The notes: generated by a model not told the origin, from the letters alone. DNA of 64,000 bases from an uncultured Anaerolineales bacterium (GCA_964532455.1 CAZHHT010000002.1:183-64182), one strand, 5' to 3'. Shown: positions 9,309 to 19,644, numbered from the stretch's first letter. Made by a program: numbers and translations.

Positions 9309-9337
9309 AAAAAGCTGGTGCTTATCCCAGCTTTTTT
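9309..9337 (-). terminator. Rho-independent terminator after kbl
   Basis: aaaaagctgg / ccagcttttt stem with an 8-nt loop; a T-run follows on the minus strand. Confidence 0.6.
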
Positions 9338-9370
9338 GTCTCTTGATTATCAGTGTTCAGCGATCAGTTA

Positions 9371-10555
9371 TCAGCTGATTACTTCTAAGTCACGGCCGAC
9401 CTTTTCAAAGGCGGCCAGACCTTGATCCAAATCTTCTTTGCTGTGCGCGGCGGAGATCATCACCCGGATACGGGCTTCCCCCTGCGGAACAGTAGGAAAG
9501 CCGATCGACATAGCAAAAACTCCATCTTCAAAGAGCTTCCGGCTGAACTTTTGAGCCAATGGGGCTTCTCCCAGCATCACCGGGGTGATGGGAGTTGTGC
9601 TCTTCCCGGTGTCAAATCCCAGGGTTTTCATTTCCTTTTTGAAATAAGCCGCGTTCTCCCAGAGTCTGTCAACCAATTCTGTAGAGGATTCCAGTATTTT
9701 CACTGCTTCAATACAAGCAGCGACATCAGGCATCGTCATAGCTGAAGAGAACAGGAACGGCCGCCCGCGCTGATAAAGCCATTCCACAACCAGGGGATGT
9801 CCGGCGACCACGCCTCCCACCACACCAAATGCCTTGGAGAGTGTACCGACCTCCACATCCACTTTGCCGTGCAGCTTAAAATGATCCACAATGCCCCTGC
9901 CACCTTCACCCAGCACACCTTCTCCATGGGCATCATCCACCATCAGGATCACATCGTAATCACGGGTGACCTCATAGATCTCATCCAGGGGAGCGATATC
10001 ACCATCCATGGAAAAGACCCCATCAGTCACCACCAGCGCCCGCCGGAAATCCGCCCGGAATTCATTTAAAGTCCGTTTTAGCGAAGCTGGGGAGCAGTGG
10101 TCATAGGGAATAATTTTGGCTTTAGCCAACCGACAGCCATCTATTATGCTAGCATGATTCAGTCGGTCAGAAAAAATCACGTCATCTTTTCCAACCAGAG
10201 CAGGGATGGTTGCCAGGTTAGCGCTGTAACCGGATTGAAAGGTGATCGCTTTCTCCACTTTCTTAAACGCCGCCAGGCGTTTTTCAAGCTCGAGGTGCAG
10301 ATCCATAGTACCGGCGATAGTGCGCACTGCCCCCGGTCCCACTCCATACTTGTCAGCAGCCTTTTTAGCTGCCTCCACCAGGCGGGGATGATTTGCTAGG
10401 CCAAGGTAGTTATTGGCACAGAAATTTAAAACTTTTTCCCCATCTACCACTAGCCAGGCGCCCTGGGGAGATTCCAGAGTCCGGATCTGGTTGTAAAGAC
10501 CGGTATCTCTTAAAGCTTGCAATTCGGTTTCAATCCAATCCAATGGTTTCGGCAT
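9371..10555 (-). CDS. kbl: Glycine C-acetyltransferase (2-amino-3-ketobutyrate CoA ligase), PLP-dependent
   Basis: N-terminus [10 protein letters not shown]...[10 protein letters not shown], the PLP-lysine context GTLSKAFG, and 394 aa as expected for the family. It ends in TGA at the normal length. Confidence 0.85.
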   Translation of the reverse strand: MPKPLDWIETELQALRDTGLYNQIRTLESPQGAWLVVDGEKVLNFCANNYLGLANHPRLVEAAKKAADKYGVGPGAVRTIAGTMDLHLELEKRLAAFKKVEKAITFQSGYSANLATIPALVGKDDVIFSDRLNHASIIDGCRLAKAKIIPYDHCSPASLKRTLNEFRADFRRALVVTDGVFSMDGDIAPLDEIYEVTRDYDVILMVDDAHGEGVLGEGGRGIVDHFKLHGKVDVEVGTLSKAFGVVGGVVAGHPLVVEWLYQRGRPFLFSSAMTMPDVAACIEAVKILESSTELVDRLWENAAYFKKEMKTLGFDTGKSTTPITPVMLGEAPLAQKFSRKLFEDGVFAMSIGFPTVPQGEARIRVMISAAHSKEDLDQGLAAFEKVGRDLEVIS

Positions 10556-10589
10556 AATTTATCCCCTTTAATATTCTAACTTTACCAGC

Positions 10590-10865
10590 TTAGCTATTTT
10601 CTGCAAATCCCCGGGCTAAATTGTCTTTCTTCTCCCGGGTTAGTTTTTTAATTTTATATTCCCTGCGCTGGGCAGCGGACCGGTCAATTACTTCTTCCAG
10701 ATAAATCAACTCAACTGGACGGCGGAATTTTGTATAAAGTGCACCTCTTCCCGCATTATGTTCTTTAACCCGCCGTTCCGGGTCAGTTGTCCACCCGGTA
10801 TAGTAAGTCCCATCGGCACATTCCACCATATAACAATAATATCCCACCCCCCGGGATTCACTCAC
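10590..10865 (-). CDS. GIY-YIG nuclease family protein (UPF0213-like)
   Basis: YYCYMVECADGTYYTGWTTDPERRVKEHN motif. The GTG start overlaps the stop of the upstream gene (GTGA). Confidence 0.8.
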   Translation of the reverse strand: MSESRGVGYYCYMVECADGTYYTGWTTDPERRVKEHNAGRGALYTKFRRPVELIYLEEVIDRSAAQRREYKIKKLTREKKDNLARGFAENS

Positions 10866-11854
10866 TGGTCTTTCTCCTTCCGGTGAGGGTTCTGTCTTCC
10901 AATACCAAAAAGTTGAGAAATCAACGTACGGCGTGGAATCTCACTCTTTTTAATATCAAGCCAGCGGCTTTCACGTCGGTCAACCCACCACAGATCCCTA
11001 TCTTTCTGTATTTTGGTAAACCATTCTTCCAGTTCTTTCTGACCCGGTGTTTCGGACAGATCCCGTATTTCAACCAGAGTCCGGATAATATCATTCAGCA
11101 CACGAGTTGTATTTTCCTGGTTATAAATCACCGCGGCTGCCAACGTTCCCGGGGCGTCATCCTGAGCGAGTGAATTTGTTACCTGGGCGTAAGCTTTACC
11201 CGCGAACTTGCGGGCTTCCCGCCAGCCAGGTGCATCCTGGGCTGTTTTCTGGAGTGATGCTGCTAATAATCGCGGCATAATATGCGTCATGGTCATTAAC
11301 CCATCGATTTCAGCCGGGTCAGTGAAATAGGGAGATGCACCCAGTAATTGCACCAAACTGGCAGCCGTGTTAACCGCTGCTTCACTAGAGCGAGGCCCGC
11401 TAACAATCGCCATCAAGCTATTGGAAAATAGATCTTTTCGGGCGGTTTCCGGACCAAAGTCTAAATCTCCCAGATAAGGAAAATCAATCACCGGGGTTAA
11501 CCCTACATAATACCGATTCTCCGGAAGAAGTTCTTCTGCCCATTTTAATACCGGCTGTTTCAACGGTCCGGTATCTAATACCAGGGTATCCTCCTTCAGA
11601 TCCTGTGCAATATGCTCCAGCACAGGATAAATTTCCTGGAACGGCAAGGCCAGAAGGACAATATCAGCATCTTTCACAGCCCCAGAAAGAGTGATAGTGA
11701 TTTTATCAATGGCGTTTTTTTCTTTAGCCTGGTTGGCGACTCCCCGGGATTTATCATGGCCTACCCGTATAAACTGATCTTTATGATCCGCCAAAACCAT
11801 CCCTACAGAGGTGCCAATCTGCCCCAAACCGAGAATCGTGAACTGAATTTTCAT
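10862..11854 (-). CDS. Prephenate/arogenate dehydrogenase (TyrA)-like Rossmann protein with substituted catalytic residues
   Basis: GLGQIGTS NAD-binding loop. It aligns along its length with the TyrA fold (THIMPRLLAASL versus SHLPHxxAxAL), but reads YVGLTPV where TyrA has FVGGHPxAG. Confidence 0.5.
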   Translation of the reverse strand: MKIQFTILGLGQIGTSVGMVLADHKDQFIRVGHDKSRGVANQAKEKNAIDKITITLSGAVKDADIVLLALPFQEIYPVLEHIAQDLKEDTLVLDTGPLKQPVLKWAEELLPENRYYVGLTPVIDFPYLGDLDFGPETARKDLFSNSLMAIVSGPRSSEAAVNTAASLVQLLGASPYFTDPAEIDGLMTMTHIMPRLLAASLQKTAQDAPGWREARKFAGKAYAQVTNSLAQDDAPGTLAAAVIYNQENTTRVLNDIIRTLVEIRDLSETPGQKELEEWFTKIQKDRDLWWVDRRESRWLDIKKSEIPRRTLISQLFGIGRQNPHRKEKDQ

Positions 11855-11863
11855 TTAATTTTC

Positions 11864-12391
11864 CTAGTTGGTATCATCTGCTGTTTGAAGTTTCCTTAAT
11901 AAAATTAATTCCTCATCGGATGGAGATCCTTCAGGCAGTTCCTTTTCATGGTTGTGGATGAACCATACCGTCAGCGGGCTGCTCCCAGCTGCCTCCGCTA
12001 AATCCGCGCCCCAATAGGGATGTTGTTTAATAATTACCAGGGGACGCCGCAGACCAGTCGGTTTACCCTCTCCCCACATTTGTACTTGCCGGGGAAATAA
12101 TCCTGCCGTCAAAACAGCAAAAACCCGTTCCCAGCGACGGAGCGGATAACGTGTTTTCCCCAGGTCATGCAGCAAAGCGGCTTTCAGCAGGTCTGGATCA
12201 TCCTCCCCTTGGGTTTTTAATGACCGGAACACTCGCAGACTGTGTTCTTGATCAGCTGCGGGTAACTGTTGAAAGAGTTTCTGCTCCTCCGGAAACAAAA
12301 CGGTATTTACTGCCTCCTGATCTCCCTCCCGGGGAGATCTCTTAAATGCCTGACAGAACTGCCAGACTCGGTAACTGACCTTAGAGTTCAT
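11864..12391 (-). CDS. HD-domain phosphohydrolase
   Basis: LHDLGK motif and an upstream His; 175 aa. Confidence 0.65.
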   Translation of the reverse strand: MNSKVSYRVWQFCQAFKRSPREGDQEAVNTVLFPEEQKLFQQLPAADQEHSLRVFRSLKTQGEDDPDLLKAALLHDLGKTRYPLRRWERVFAVLTAGLFPRQVQMWGEGKPTGLRRPLVIIKQHPYWGADLAEAAGSSPLTVWFIHNHEKELPEGSPSDEELILLRKLQTADDTN

Positions 12392-13053
12392 TAACCCACC
12401 AGTAGATTAATCAAAAAATGGAGGGGTAGTCCCAGTATCCAGCCCAAGACGTCTATTCCCAGGTAGGGACCGACCAAAAACAGAACAATCAGAATCATCG
12501 GTCCGTAGGGGCGAATCTGGGTCATTCGATTATTCCAGGCAGGGGGCAGAAAAAATTCCGCAATCTTGTCCCCGTCGAGCGGCGGAATCGGAATCAGGTT
12601 AAACAGCATCAACACCAGGTTAATGGTGATGAACTCCCATAAAAATCCAATTGGAGTTGGCAGGATGGAACTCCCCTGAGAGGCAAAGTATACATAAAGA
12701 TCATCCACATTAACCAGATTTAATTGGAAGGGTAGAGCAGCCAGCAGGGCCATCAGGAAATTGGACAGCGGACCAGCCAGGGCGACCCACATCATCGCTG
12801 AAGGCCCGCTGCGCCTGAGGGTATAAGGGTTCACCGGGACAGGTTTGGCCCATCCAAATCCAGCCACAATCAGCAGCAGCGATCCCATGGGATCGAGATG
12901 CGCCAATGGATTTAGCGTCAGCCGCCCGTTGACCCGGGGTGTATTGTCCCCAAAATAATTGGCGGTCCAGGCATGGGCAAACTCGTGCACAGAAAAGGCT
13001 GTGAAAAGAACTATAATTCTTGAAATCAGTGTCGCAGGATTAAGATTTAACAT
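12391..13053 (-). CDS. Site-2 protease family (M50) zinc metalloprotease
   Basis: HEFAHAW (HExxH) within TM1, a polytopic membrane profile and a LDG motif. Confidence 0.8.
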   Translation of the reverse strand: MLNLNPATLISRIIVLFTAFSVHEFAHAWTANYFGDNTPRVNGRLTLNPLAHLDPMGSLLLIVAGFGWAKPVPVNPYTLRRSGPSAMMWVALAGPLSNFLMALLAALPFQLNLVNVDDLYVYFASQGSSILPTPIGFLWEFITINLVLMLFNLIPIPPLDGDKIAEFFLPPAWNNRMTQIRPYGPMILIVLFLVGPYLGIDVLGWILGLPLHFLINLLVG

Positions 13054-13070
13054 AAAAACTCCTGCCGGAG

Positions 13071-13079
13071 ATTATACCA
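13071..13079 (-). promoter_or_regulatory. Candidate extended -10 promoter element (TGGTATAAT) for the M50/HD/tyrA-like/kbl gene string
   Basis: The minus strand reads TGGTATAAT about 15 nt upstream of RBS AGGAG and the ATG at 13053. There is no canonical -35 at 17-bp spacing. Confidence 0.35.
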
Positions 13080-13477
13080 TCCTACACTTCTTCAACACTC
13101 CCGGCTCGCCTATTGTAGTTTCCTGGTGTTGTCGTTGCGTAAATAGGATGATCTAATTGGATCGATAATAGATTGACATACCTCTAGTTCTCCCTTATCA
13201 GAAGTCAGAGTATTCTTCCCTTCCCTTATTGGATAAATGCTTTTCTCTCTGATTTTAAAAACAGGTTATTTGGCGCTTCCTGCCGTTTTTCCCCGAAATA
13301 TTCCTCCACCGGAACGAAGCAAGGGCCAATCCATTTCAGTTGATTTTGCATACCCTGGTCGGAGAGAGAGGAATGTCGGGTACTATACAAATTTGTTTTT
13401 TTAACCTGACAATTGCTGTCTCTTATTTATCAAGACTCAAATCCATGAAAATAACTCGACCATATTGAGCACTTATA

Positions 13478-14605
13478 CTAAATCCTAAATTCTCCCGACT
13501 CATAAAATAATTCATTATCAACAAATATTTGACCACCATCACGCATGTCACAAATCATATCCCAGTGGATAGCGCTTTTGTTCAAGCTTCCTGTGATTGG
13601 ATACCCTTGTCCCAAGGCCATATGAAACGTCCCCCCTATCTTCTCATCAAAAAGGATATTTTTTATAAAGCGGTCAATTTTTTTATTGGTCCCAATCGCA
13701 AATTCACCGAGATATCGAGACCCTTCATCGGTGTTCAGCATTGTGATTAAATAATCCTCATTTTTGGTAGCTGAAGCTTTGACTACTTTTCCCTCCTCAA
13801 AATATAGCTCCACTCCTTCAACTTCACGCCCAGCAGAGATTGCTGGATGAGTAAAGCGCACCCAGCCAGTTGTGGAATCCTCGACTGGACCAGTAAAGAT
13901 CTCTCCGCTGGGCATATTTTGCTTTCCATCAGAATTGATAAACACACGTTCCTCAATCGAGAGGGATAAATCAACATTCGGTCCTTTCACCTGCACTGCT
14001 TTTTTCCCCCTCAACCAATCGACCAGTCTTTGCTGCTGATCATGGATACGCTTCCACTCCGCTTTTGGATCCTCTTTATCACTATACGTTGTACTGTAGA
14101 CGTAATCTTCAAAGTTCTTTAAACTCATCTCGGCATCCTGGGCAAATGCTTGGGTGGGATAAAGTGTGCTCACCCGGCGCAATGATCCGGAAGCCATTCT
14201 TTCAAAATAAGTGTTATATATGTCCCTGTACGCTTGGCGGCGGATTCGCATTAGCTGCGGGTCGATACTGCTCAATGTTCGGGTGTTGAATTGGGATTTG
14301 ATGAAAATTCTGACATCAAAGTCTTCATTGACCATCTTCCAGAACCGGTCCTGATGCTGCAATTGATCCTCATTGGCTTCTTCTAAAAAGATTTGACCAA
14401 GTCCTTCAAACCCCGCTAATGGTCCGGGGAGGGAATAGGGCAAAAGGTAAGGATAAGCACCGGCGCGTATCACTTCGCGAAATACCTCCCGAACCAGGCT
14501 CGTCGCCGGCGGTTGGGCTATGATTGCCACAAGGTCCTTTTCTTTGACCTCAGTGGAGTAGTTAACAAGGATTTTCGCCAGATTTACTGTACGTGGATCT
14601 GTCAT
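13478..14605 (-). CDS. Aminopeptidase, M29 family (AmpS/PepS-like)
   Basis: The N-terminal LAKILVNYSTEVKEKD pattern, a length of 375 aa and the C-terminal HWDMI motif are typical of thermophilic metalloprotease M29. Confidence 0.8.
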   Translation of the reverse strand: MTDPRTVNLAKILVNYSTEVKEKDLVAIIAQPPATSLVREVFREVIRAGAYPYLLPYSLPGPLAGFEGLGQIFLEEANEDQLQHQDRFWKMVNEDFDVRIFIKSQFNTRTLSSIDPQLMRIRRQAYRDIYNTYFERMASGSLRRVSTLYPTQAFAQDAEMSLKNFEDYVYSTTYSDKEDPKAEWKRIHDQQQRLVDWLRGKKAVQVKGPNVDLSLSIEERVFINSDGKQNMPSGEIFTGPVEDSTTGWVRFTHPAISAGREVEGVELYFEEGKVVKASATKNEDYLITMLNTDEGSRYLGEFAIGTNKKIDRFIKNILFDEKIGGTFHMALGQGYPITGSLNKSAIHWDMICDMRDGGQIFVDNELFYESGEFRI

Positions 14606-14903
14606 CCCGGGCTCCTTTGTTTGCAGAATTTACTATAGTTCCCATCAGTTATTTATTATAAAGAACAATGCCAGGGTAAAAAGGCATTGTTATTTAAATT
14701 GCCAGATCAATCTATGTGGTTGAGATATTCAATCGATGTGTGCTGATAATAGCATATCAGAAATGAATTATCAATTGTGCCGGGTTTTGATATGCTGAGT
14801 AAAAAAGGTTCAATTGAATCAAGTAATCTGACTTAAAAGAAATGTCATTAGTGACCTGGTTAGTTGAATCTCGATTCATATTCACTTTTGACTAATTTTC
14901 AGG

Positions 14904-14912
14904 TGATATAAT
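14904..14912 (+). promoter_or_regulatory. Candidate extended -10 promoter (TGATATAAT) placing the transcription start on the ATG of the DUF951 gene
   Basis: TGATATAAT ends 6 nt before the A of the ATG at 14919. No Shine-Dalgarno sequence lies between them. Confidence 0.35.
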
Positions 14913-14918
14913 GCCCGC

Positions 14919-15119
14919 ATGCTGCCCGACCTGGAATTAGACGATATTTTACAGCTGCGAAAAGGTCACCCCTGCGGAGAAGACCGTTGGAAAGTCATCC
15001 GTTTGGGCGCGGATATTAAGATCGAATGTCTGGGATGCGGCAGGCAAGTGATGCTGACCCGCAGAAAGCTGGCTCGAAACATCAAACACAATCTAACCCA
15101 AGAGGAAAAAGCGGTATGA
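14919..15119 (+). CDS. DUF951 family small protein
   Basis: LRKGHPCG...W.V.R.GADIKIEC.GCGR pattern; 66 aa. Its stop overlaps the rsmI start (ATGA). Confidence 0.75.
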   Translation: MLPDLELDDILQLRKGHPCGEDRWKVIRLGADIKIECLGCGRQVMLTRRKLARNIKHNLTQEEKAV

Positions 15120-15940
15120 GCACCCTCTACCTGGTAGCCACACCAATTGGAAACCTGGAGGATATCACCTTCAGGGCAGTCCGGATCTTAAAGGAAGTTC
15201 CTCTTATTGCTGCCGAAGATACACGGACCTCAAAAACCTTGCTGAAGGCATATCAGATAAACACCAAGTTGACCTCCTACCACGATCACAACAAAGAAAG
15301 GAAGACTCCAGTTCTATTGAACCACCTAAAAGGACAGAACCTGGCCCTGGTATCCGACGCAGGCTCTCCCGCCATCAATGATCCTGGATTCTACCTGGTT
15401 AAGGTGGCGTTGGAAGCTGGCCATCAGGTGGTCCCCATCCCTGGTCCCAGCGCACCGATTGCTGCTCTGTCTGCTTCCGGTTTTCCCACCGACAACTTCC
15501 TTTACCTGGGTTATCTGCCGAGGAAAACCAAAGGACGAAAGGATTTTCTAGAAGATGTAAAAGATCATCCCTGGACCCTGGTCTTTCTGGAGACACCACA
15601 TCGGCTGATCCAATCTTTGGAAGATATGCTAATCGTGTTAGGTGACCGAGAAATCGCTATAGCCCGGGAGCTGACCAAGCTTCACGAGGAAATTTATAGA
15701 GGAACCATCAGCGAAACCCGGGAGCATTACAGCCAGCACGAACCTAAAGGAGAAATCACTTTAATCATTTCCGGCAGGGGAAACGAAGCTGTTTGGACCA
15801 AGGAAAAACTCCTCAAGACCATACAGGAAGAGCTCAAGTTAGGAGGGCTCAGCCCTACCCGGCTCGCTAAAACTCTGGCGGATAAATCAGGCTGGTCGCG
15901 GCGGGATATCTATGATTTAATGCAGGGGTTGCAAGATTAA
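15116..15940 (+). CDS. rsmI: 16S rRNA (cytidine1402-2'-O)-methyltransferase
   Basis: MSTLYLVATPIGNLEDITFRA N-terminus and a tetrapyrrole-methylase fold pattern. The start is taken at the internal ATG coupled to the DUF951 stop, not at 15026. Confidence 0.85.
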   Translation: MSTLYLVATPIGNLEDITFRAVRILKEVPLIAAEDTRTSKTLLKAYQINTKLTSYHDHNKERKTPVLLNHLKGQNLALVSDAGSPAINDPGFYLVKVALEAGHQVVPIPGPSAPIAALSASGFPTDNFLYLGYLPRKTKGRKDFLEDVKDHPWTLVFLETPHRLIQSLEDMLIVLGDREIAIARELTKLHEEIYRGTISETREHYSQHEPKGEITLIISGRGNEAVWTKEKLLKTIQEELKLGGLSPTRLAKTLADKSGWSRRDIYDLMQGLQD

Positions 15941-16030
15941 AAATATACAAGATTTAGTTTTTCACAAGCAGGAACCCGCATCCTATGGAATGAGGAAACG
16001 GGTTCCAATAAACAGAAGAGGGTATACACA

Positions 16031-17080
16031 ATGGATTTAAACCAATATCAGGACTTTCCTAAATTAGACAGTCACAATATGCTGGCGGAAATGAACGGCC
16101 TGCCCGAACATCTGGATACCGCCTGGCGCGAAGCGGAAGCTCTTCCGCTTTCGAATTTTACCGGCGTTAAACAAGTATTAGTCGCCGGCATGGGCGGTTC
16201 CGCCATCGGGGCCTCCCTGCTGAAAGCCTATGCCGCTCCCCTGGCTTCCGTTTCAATTGAGGTTCACCGGGATTACGGACTTCCTGCCTGGGCAAATAGA
16301 CCAGACACGCTGGTAATCGTTTCCTCTCATTCCGGAAACACAGAAGAAACCCTCTCGGCAATGGAAGCCGCTCTTGAGCGGGGATGCAACCTTTTAGCCA
16401 TCTCCACTGGTGGGAAAATGGCCGAAATTGCAAAAAAAACTGGCACCGACCTGTGGATCTTTAAACACAAAGGACAACCGCGAGCAGCGGTGGGCTACTC
16501 ATTTTGCCTGCTGCTGAACGTTTTTTACCGGTTGGGTTTCCTTCCTGATCCTCTTGAGGAAATAAATGACGCTGTAAGTGAACTGCAAAAAGGCAGGGAC
16601 CTGCTGGCGCCGGAGCTGCCGGATCATCAGAACCCCGCAAAACGCATGGCGGGAAAGCTTATCGATCGCTGGGTAAGCGTATTCGCTGCCGATCTGCTTG
16701 CTCCTGTCGCAAGGCGCTGGAAAGGTCAGATCAGTGAGATCGCCAAAGCTTGGGGGCAATTTGAGGCCCTGCCGGAAGCGGATCACAATACCTTGGCCGG
16801 GGTAGTTAACCCAGAGAAAGTCTTGACAAAGTCAGTGGCTTTATTCCTGCAGGCGGATTCCAATCATCCCCGCAACCAGAGAAGAATCGAGTTAACCAAA
16901 AAGGGTTTTATGGTTGAAGGGTTAACTACAGATTTGGTCCAAGCCAAAGGAAAAACCCGCCTGGCCCAGATGTGGAATTTAATACAATTTGGAGATTTCA
17001 CAGCCTATTACCTGGCAATGGCCTATGATGTCGATCCCACCCCAGTGGCTGCGATTGAGAGTTTAAAGCGGGAACTCTAG
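16031..17080 (+). CDS. Bifunctional phosphoglucose/phosphomannose isomerase (SIS domain)
   Basis: GMGGSAIG and SHSGNTEET SIS motifs; 349 aa. It ends in TAG. Confidence 0.75.
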   Translation: MDLNQYQDFPKLDSHNMLAEMNGLPEHLDTAWREAEALPLSNFTGVKQVLVAGMGGSAIGASLLKAYAAPLASVSIEVHRDYGLPAWANRPDTLVIVSSHSGNTEETLSAMEAALERGCNLLAISTGGKMAEIAKKTGTDLWIFKHKGQPRAAVGYSFCLLLNVFYRLGFLPDPLEEINDAVSELQKGRDLLAPELPDHQNPAKRMAGKLIDRWVSVFAADLLAPVARRWKGQISEIAKAWGQFEALPEADHNTLAGVVNPEKVLTKSVALFLQADSNHPRNQRRIELTKKGFMVEGLTTDLVQAKGKTRLAQMWNLIQFGDFTAYYLAMAYDVDPTPVAAIESLKREL

Positions 17081-17166
17081 ATCAGGATAAGAAAATCAGT
17101 CAAGGGTGATATCCTGTCAAAGTTTTCCCCCCTGGACAAGATGGTGTTTTCTATAATATAAAACCG

Positions 17167-18156
17167 ATGAAAAAAATCAAAGTCCAGCTTTTCCTGATTG
17201 GATTTACCCTCCTGCTGACCTTTTCCTTTGTTGGCATCATTCAAGCCCAGGGGGATTCCACAACGACAGTAATCGATACTATCAATCAACTGCGCTCCCA
17301 AAGAGGGCTGGCGCCGCTTCTGCCTGATCCGGCCTTAATGGAGATCGCCCAGCAGCACAGCCAGTACCAGGCATCCATAGGGAAATGGACTCATATCAGT
17401 GCGGATGGATCCCGCCCCAGAGACCGGGCAATCGCAGCAGGTTTTGGAAATGGAGCGACAATCTATATCTCGGAAAATGTCGCCTATGGGACCAATATGT
17501 CGATCATGGAAACCATCAACGGTCCCTGGAACGATTCCCTTCATCACCACACTATGTACAACCCCAGCGCCAAATATATCGGAGCCGGGGTAGCCTATTC
17601 CGGTAATCTTGTTTTTTATACAGTGGATACCGGTTATTACTTTGGAGATCCTGCGCCAACGCCCAAATACCCGGCTGTTTCCGGTACCCCTTCTGCCTCG
17701 GTTTTCCCTTCAGCAGTTCCGGTTATCGTTTCCACTCCTCTAAGTGACGGAACAGTAATACATATCGTCCAGAGTGGACAAACATTGTGGACCATCGCCG
17801 CAGTTTATAACATCCCGCTTGAGGTTTTAAATCAGATTAACGGGTTTAAAACGGATACGGTTTTGCTGCTCGGAGATGAGGTCATCATCCAGCCTTCCTA
17901 TACCCCCACCAGCACGCCGATCGGAGAACCCAGTGCTACCTTGCCGCCCAGGTTTTCCCACACTCCCTCCTTAATCGCACCTGAAGGGACCCCGGTTCTG
18001 TTTAACCTCTCAACGTCAGCAGCCACAGAAAAGCTTGCCATCGAACCCCGCTTTCAAAGCAGCGGTAAAAACCCAACTGTAATTATCCTGGCTGTGATCA
18101 TTTCCGGCGGAACATTGCTGACTGCATTATTGTTCAGTCTCAGGAAGAAAGACTAA
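17167..18156 (+). CDS. Secreted CAP (SCP/YkwD-like) domain protein with a LysM domain and a C-terminal TM anchor
   Basis: Signal peptide, CAP pattern (LNQLRSQRGLAPL...HHHTMYNP...IGAGVA), LysM (HIVQSGQTLWTIAAVYNIPLEVLNQINGF) and a hydrophobic C-terminus. Confidence 0.75.
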   Translation: MKKIKVQLFLIGFTLLLTFSFVGIIQAQGDSTTTVIDTINQLRSQRGLAPLLPDPALMEIAQQHSQYQASIGKWTHISADGSRPRDRAIAAGFGNGATIYISENVAYGTNMSIMETINGPWNDSLHHHTMYNPSAKYIGAGVAYSGNLVFYTVDTGYYFGDPAPTPKYPAVSGTPSASVFPSAVPVIVSTPLSDGTVIHIVQSGQTLWTIAAVYNIPLEVLNQINGFKTDTVLLLGDEVIIQPSYTPTSTPIGEPSATLPPRFSHTPSLIAPEGTPVLFNLSTSAATEKLAIEPRFQSSGKNPTVIILAVIISGGTLLTALLFSLRKKD

Positions 18157-18167
18157 TACAGATCCGG

Positions 18168-18998
18168 TTACTCCTCCCGGAGATTTCCCCCATCCCAAAT
18201 TAACTGAATCACCTTAGTCTGAATTTTAATTAGCTCCTCGATAAATTTTTCCATTTTTCCGGGGTCCCCGGTGGTCAGAAAATGACCTTCTCCTTCCCGG
18301 TTCCTATCCGATTTGAGATCAAAAGCCTCTAATAACCGTCCTGCCTGGCGTGCTACTGCCGGCGCGGGATCAATCACCCGGACTTTCTCGCCTACAATCT
18401 CCCTGATGACAGGAATCACAAATGGATAGTGGGTACAACCCATCACCACTTCATCTACTCCCTCTTCCAGCATCGGGGTTAAAGCCTTTTCCAGGATGTT
18501 CCGAGTTACAGGATCATCAATTTTTCCACCTTCGATTTGATCCACAAGCCCTGGGCAGGTATCCTTTAAGATTTTCACCCCCCGCGCAAATTTTTCCACC
18601 GTCGATGAATATAAATCTCCCTGAAAGGTCGCCGGAGTTGCCAACACACCTACCACGCCGCTGATAGTTCCTTCTGCCGCCGGTTTCACAGCCGGTTCCA
18701 TACCCACAAAGGGTATATCCGGGTATTTCTTCCTCAATTCAGCCAGGGCGGCCGCTGAGGCAGTGTTGCAGGCTACGATGATCAATTTTGCGCCCCTGCC
18801 CAGCAGATAACGGACGATCCCCTTTGAATACCCCAACACCTCTTCCCGGGAACGGGTCCCGTAGGGAACATGGACTTGATCCGCAATATAGATACAATCC
18901 TCAAGAGGATACTGCTGGCGAACTTCCTGTAATACAGATAACCCGCCTACGCCGGAATCAAAAATCCCTATCGGCCTTTGGTGTTTATTGATCCTCAT
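18168..18998 (-). CDS. murI: Glutamate racemase
   Basis: IGIFDSGVGGLSV, ACNTAS and GCTHYP motifs. Confidence 0.9.
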   Translation of the reverse strand: MRINKHQRPIGIFDSGVGGLSVLQEVRQQYPLEDCIYIADQVHVPYGTRSREEVLGYSKGIVRYLLGRGAKLIIVACNTASAAALAELRKKYPDIPFVGMEPAVKPAAEGTISGVVGVLATPATFQGDLYSSTVEKFARGVKILKDTCPGLVDQIEGGKIDDPVTRNILEKALTPMLEEGVDEVVMGCTHYPFVIPVIREIVGEKVRVIDPAPAVARQAGRLLEAFDLKSDRNREGEGHFLTTGDPGKMEKFIEELIKIQTKVIQLIWDGGNLREE

Positions 18999-19050
18999 AA
19001 CATCATTATACTCAGGTTTAATGCCCTATCCAGAAAGTTCCCTTTAAACC

Positions 19051-19080
19051 AAAAAGGGTACAGTGGTTTTCACTGCACCC
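19051..19080 (-). terminator. Rho-independent terminator after rplS
   Basis: 10-bp stem gggtgcagtg / cactgtaccc with 1 mismatch and a 5-nt loop, followed by TTTTT on the minus strand. Confidence 0.6.
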
Positions 19081-19104
19081 TGGTGGTTTTCTATATATGA
19101 TAAA

Positions 19105-19455
19105 TCAGGAAGTAAACTTTTGCCGCAGCTTGGCCTTTTTGCCGCTGCGATCCCGCAGGAAATACAGCCGGGCCCGGCGGGTAAATCCGCTGCTCTGCAC
19201 GGTTACTTTCTCAACAATGGGGGATCGGGTAAGGAAGGTTCTTTCCACACCGATACCATTGCTGGCAATTCGCCTTACAGTAAAACTTTCGCTGTTTCCA
19301 CTGCCGTGGGTCCGGATTATAGTACCTTTAAACTGCTGGACCCGTTCATTTTCGCCTTCTTTAATCCGAACAAACACAGTTACAGTATCCCCGCTGCGAA
19401 TATCAGGGACATTGGGGTTTTTTGGTGTTTCCAACGTCTTCATCAGGTCATTCAT
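19105..19455 (-). CDS. rplS: 50S ribosomal protein L19
   Basis: PDIRSGDTVTVFVRIKEGENERVQQFKGTII and GIGVERTF motifs. The start is taken at the internal ATG (MNDLMKTL). Confidence 0.9.
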   Translation of the reverse strand: MNDLMKTLETPKNPNVPDIRSGDTVTVFVRIKEGENERVQQFKGTIIRTHGSGNSESFTVRRIASNGIGVERTFLTRSPIVEKVTVQSSGFTRRARLYFLRDRSGKKAKLRQKFTS

Positions 19456-19644
19456 CTTTAGTATCCTTCTTGGTAAAACATTTTTCTTTTTAAACCACAA
19501 ATCAAATTCAAACACGGCTGGTGATTATAACACGGGGGGTTTGATTTGAGAAGTAAGGTCGCTGAATTCCCGTATGTATCTATCTATCTACAAATAGGAA
19601 TTTGAAGATTTTATCATTAAGAATCGCGACTCCGGAATCCATCC

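Noticed and set aside
13054-13477. Riboswitch or small RNA (SRP/6S-like) in the 424-bp gap between the aminopeptidase and M50 protease genes
   Set aside because: I scanned both strands for S-box, SRP domain IV and other familiar cores and found no convincing match. A covariance-model scan (Rfam/Infernal) would be needed to decide.
15026-15115. Long N-terminal extension of rsmI (start at 15026)
   Set aside because: The extension overlaps the DUF951 ORF in another frame and is not RsmI-like. The conserved RsmI N-terminus begins at the ATG at 15116, coupled to the DUF951 stop.
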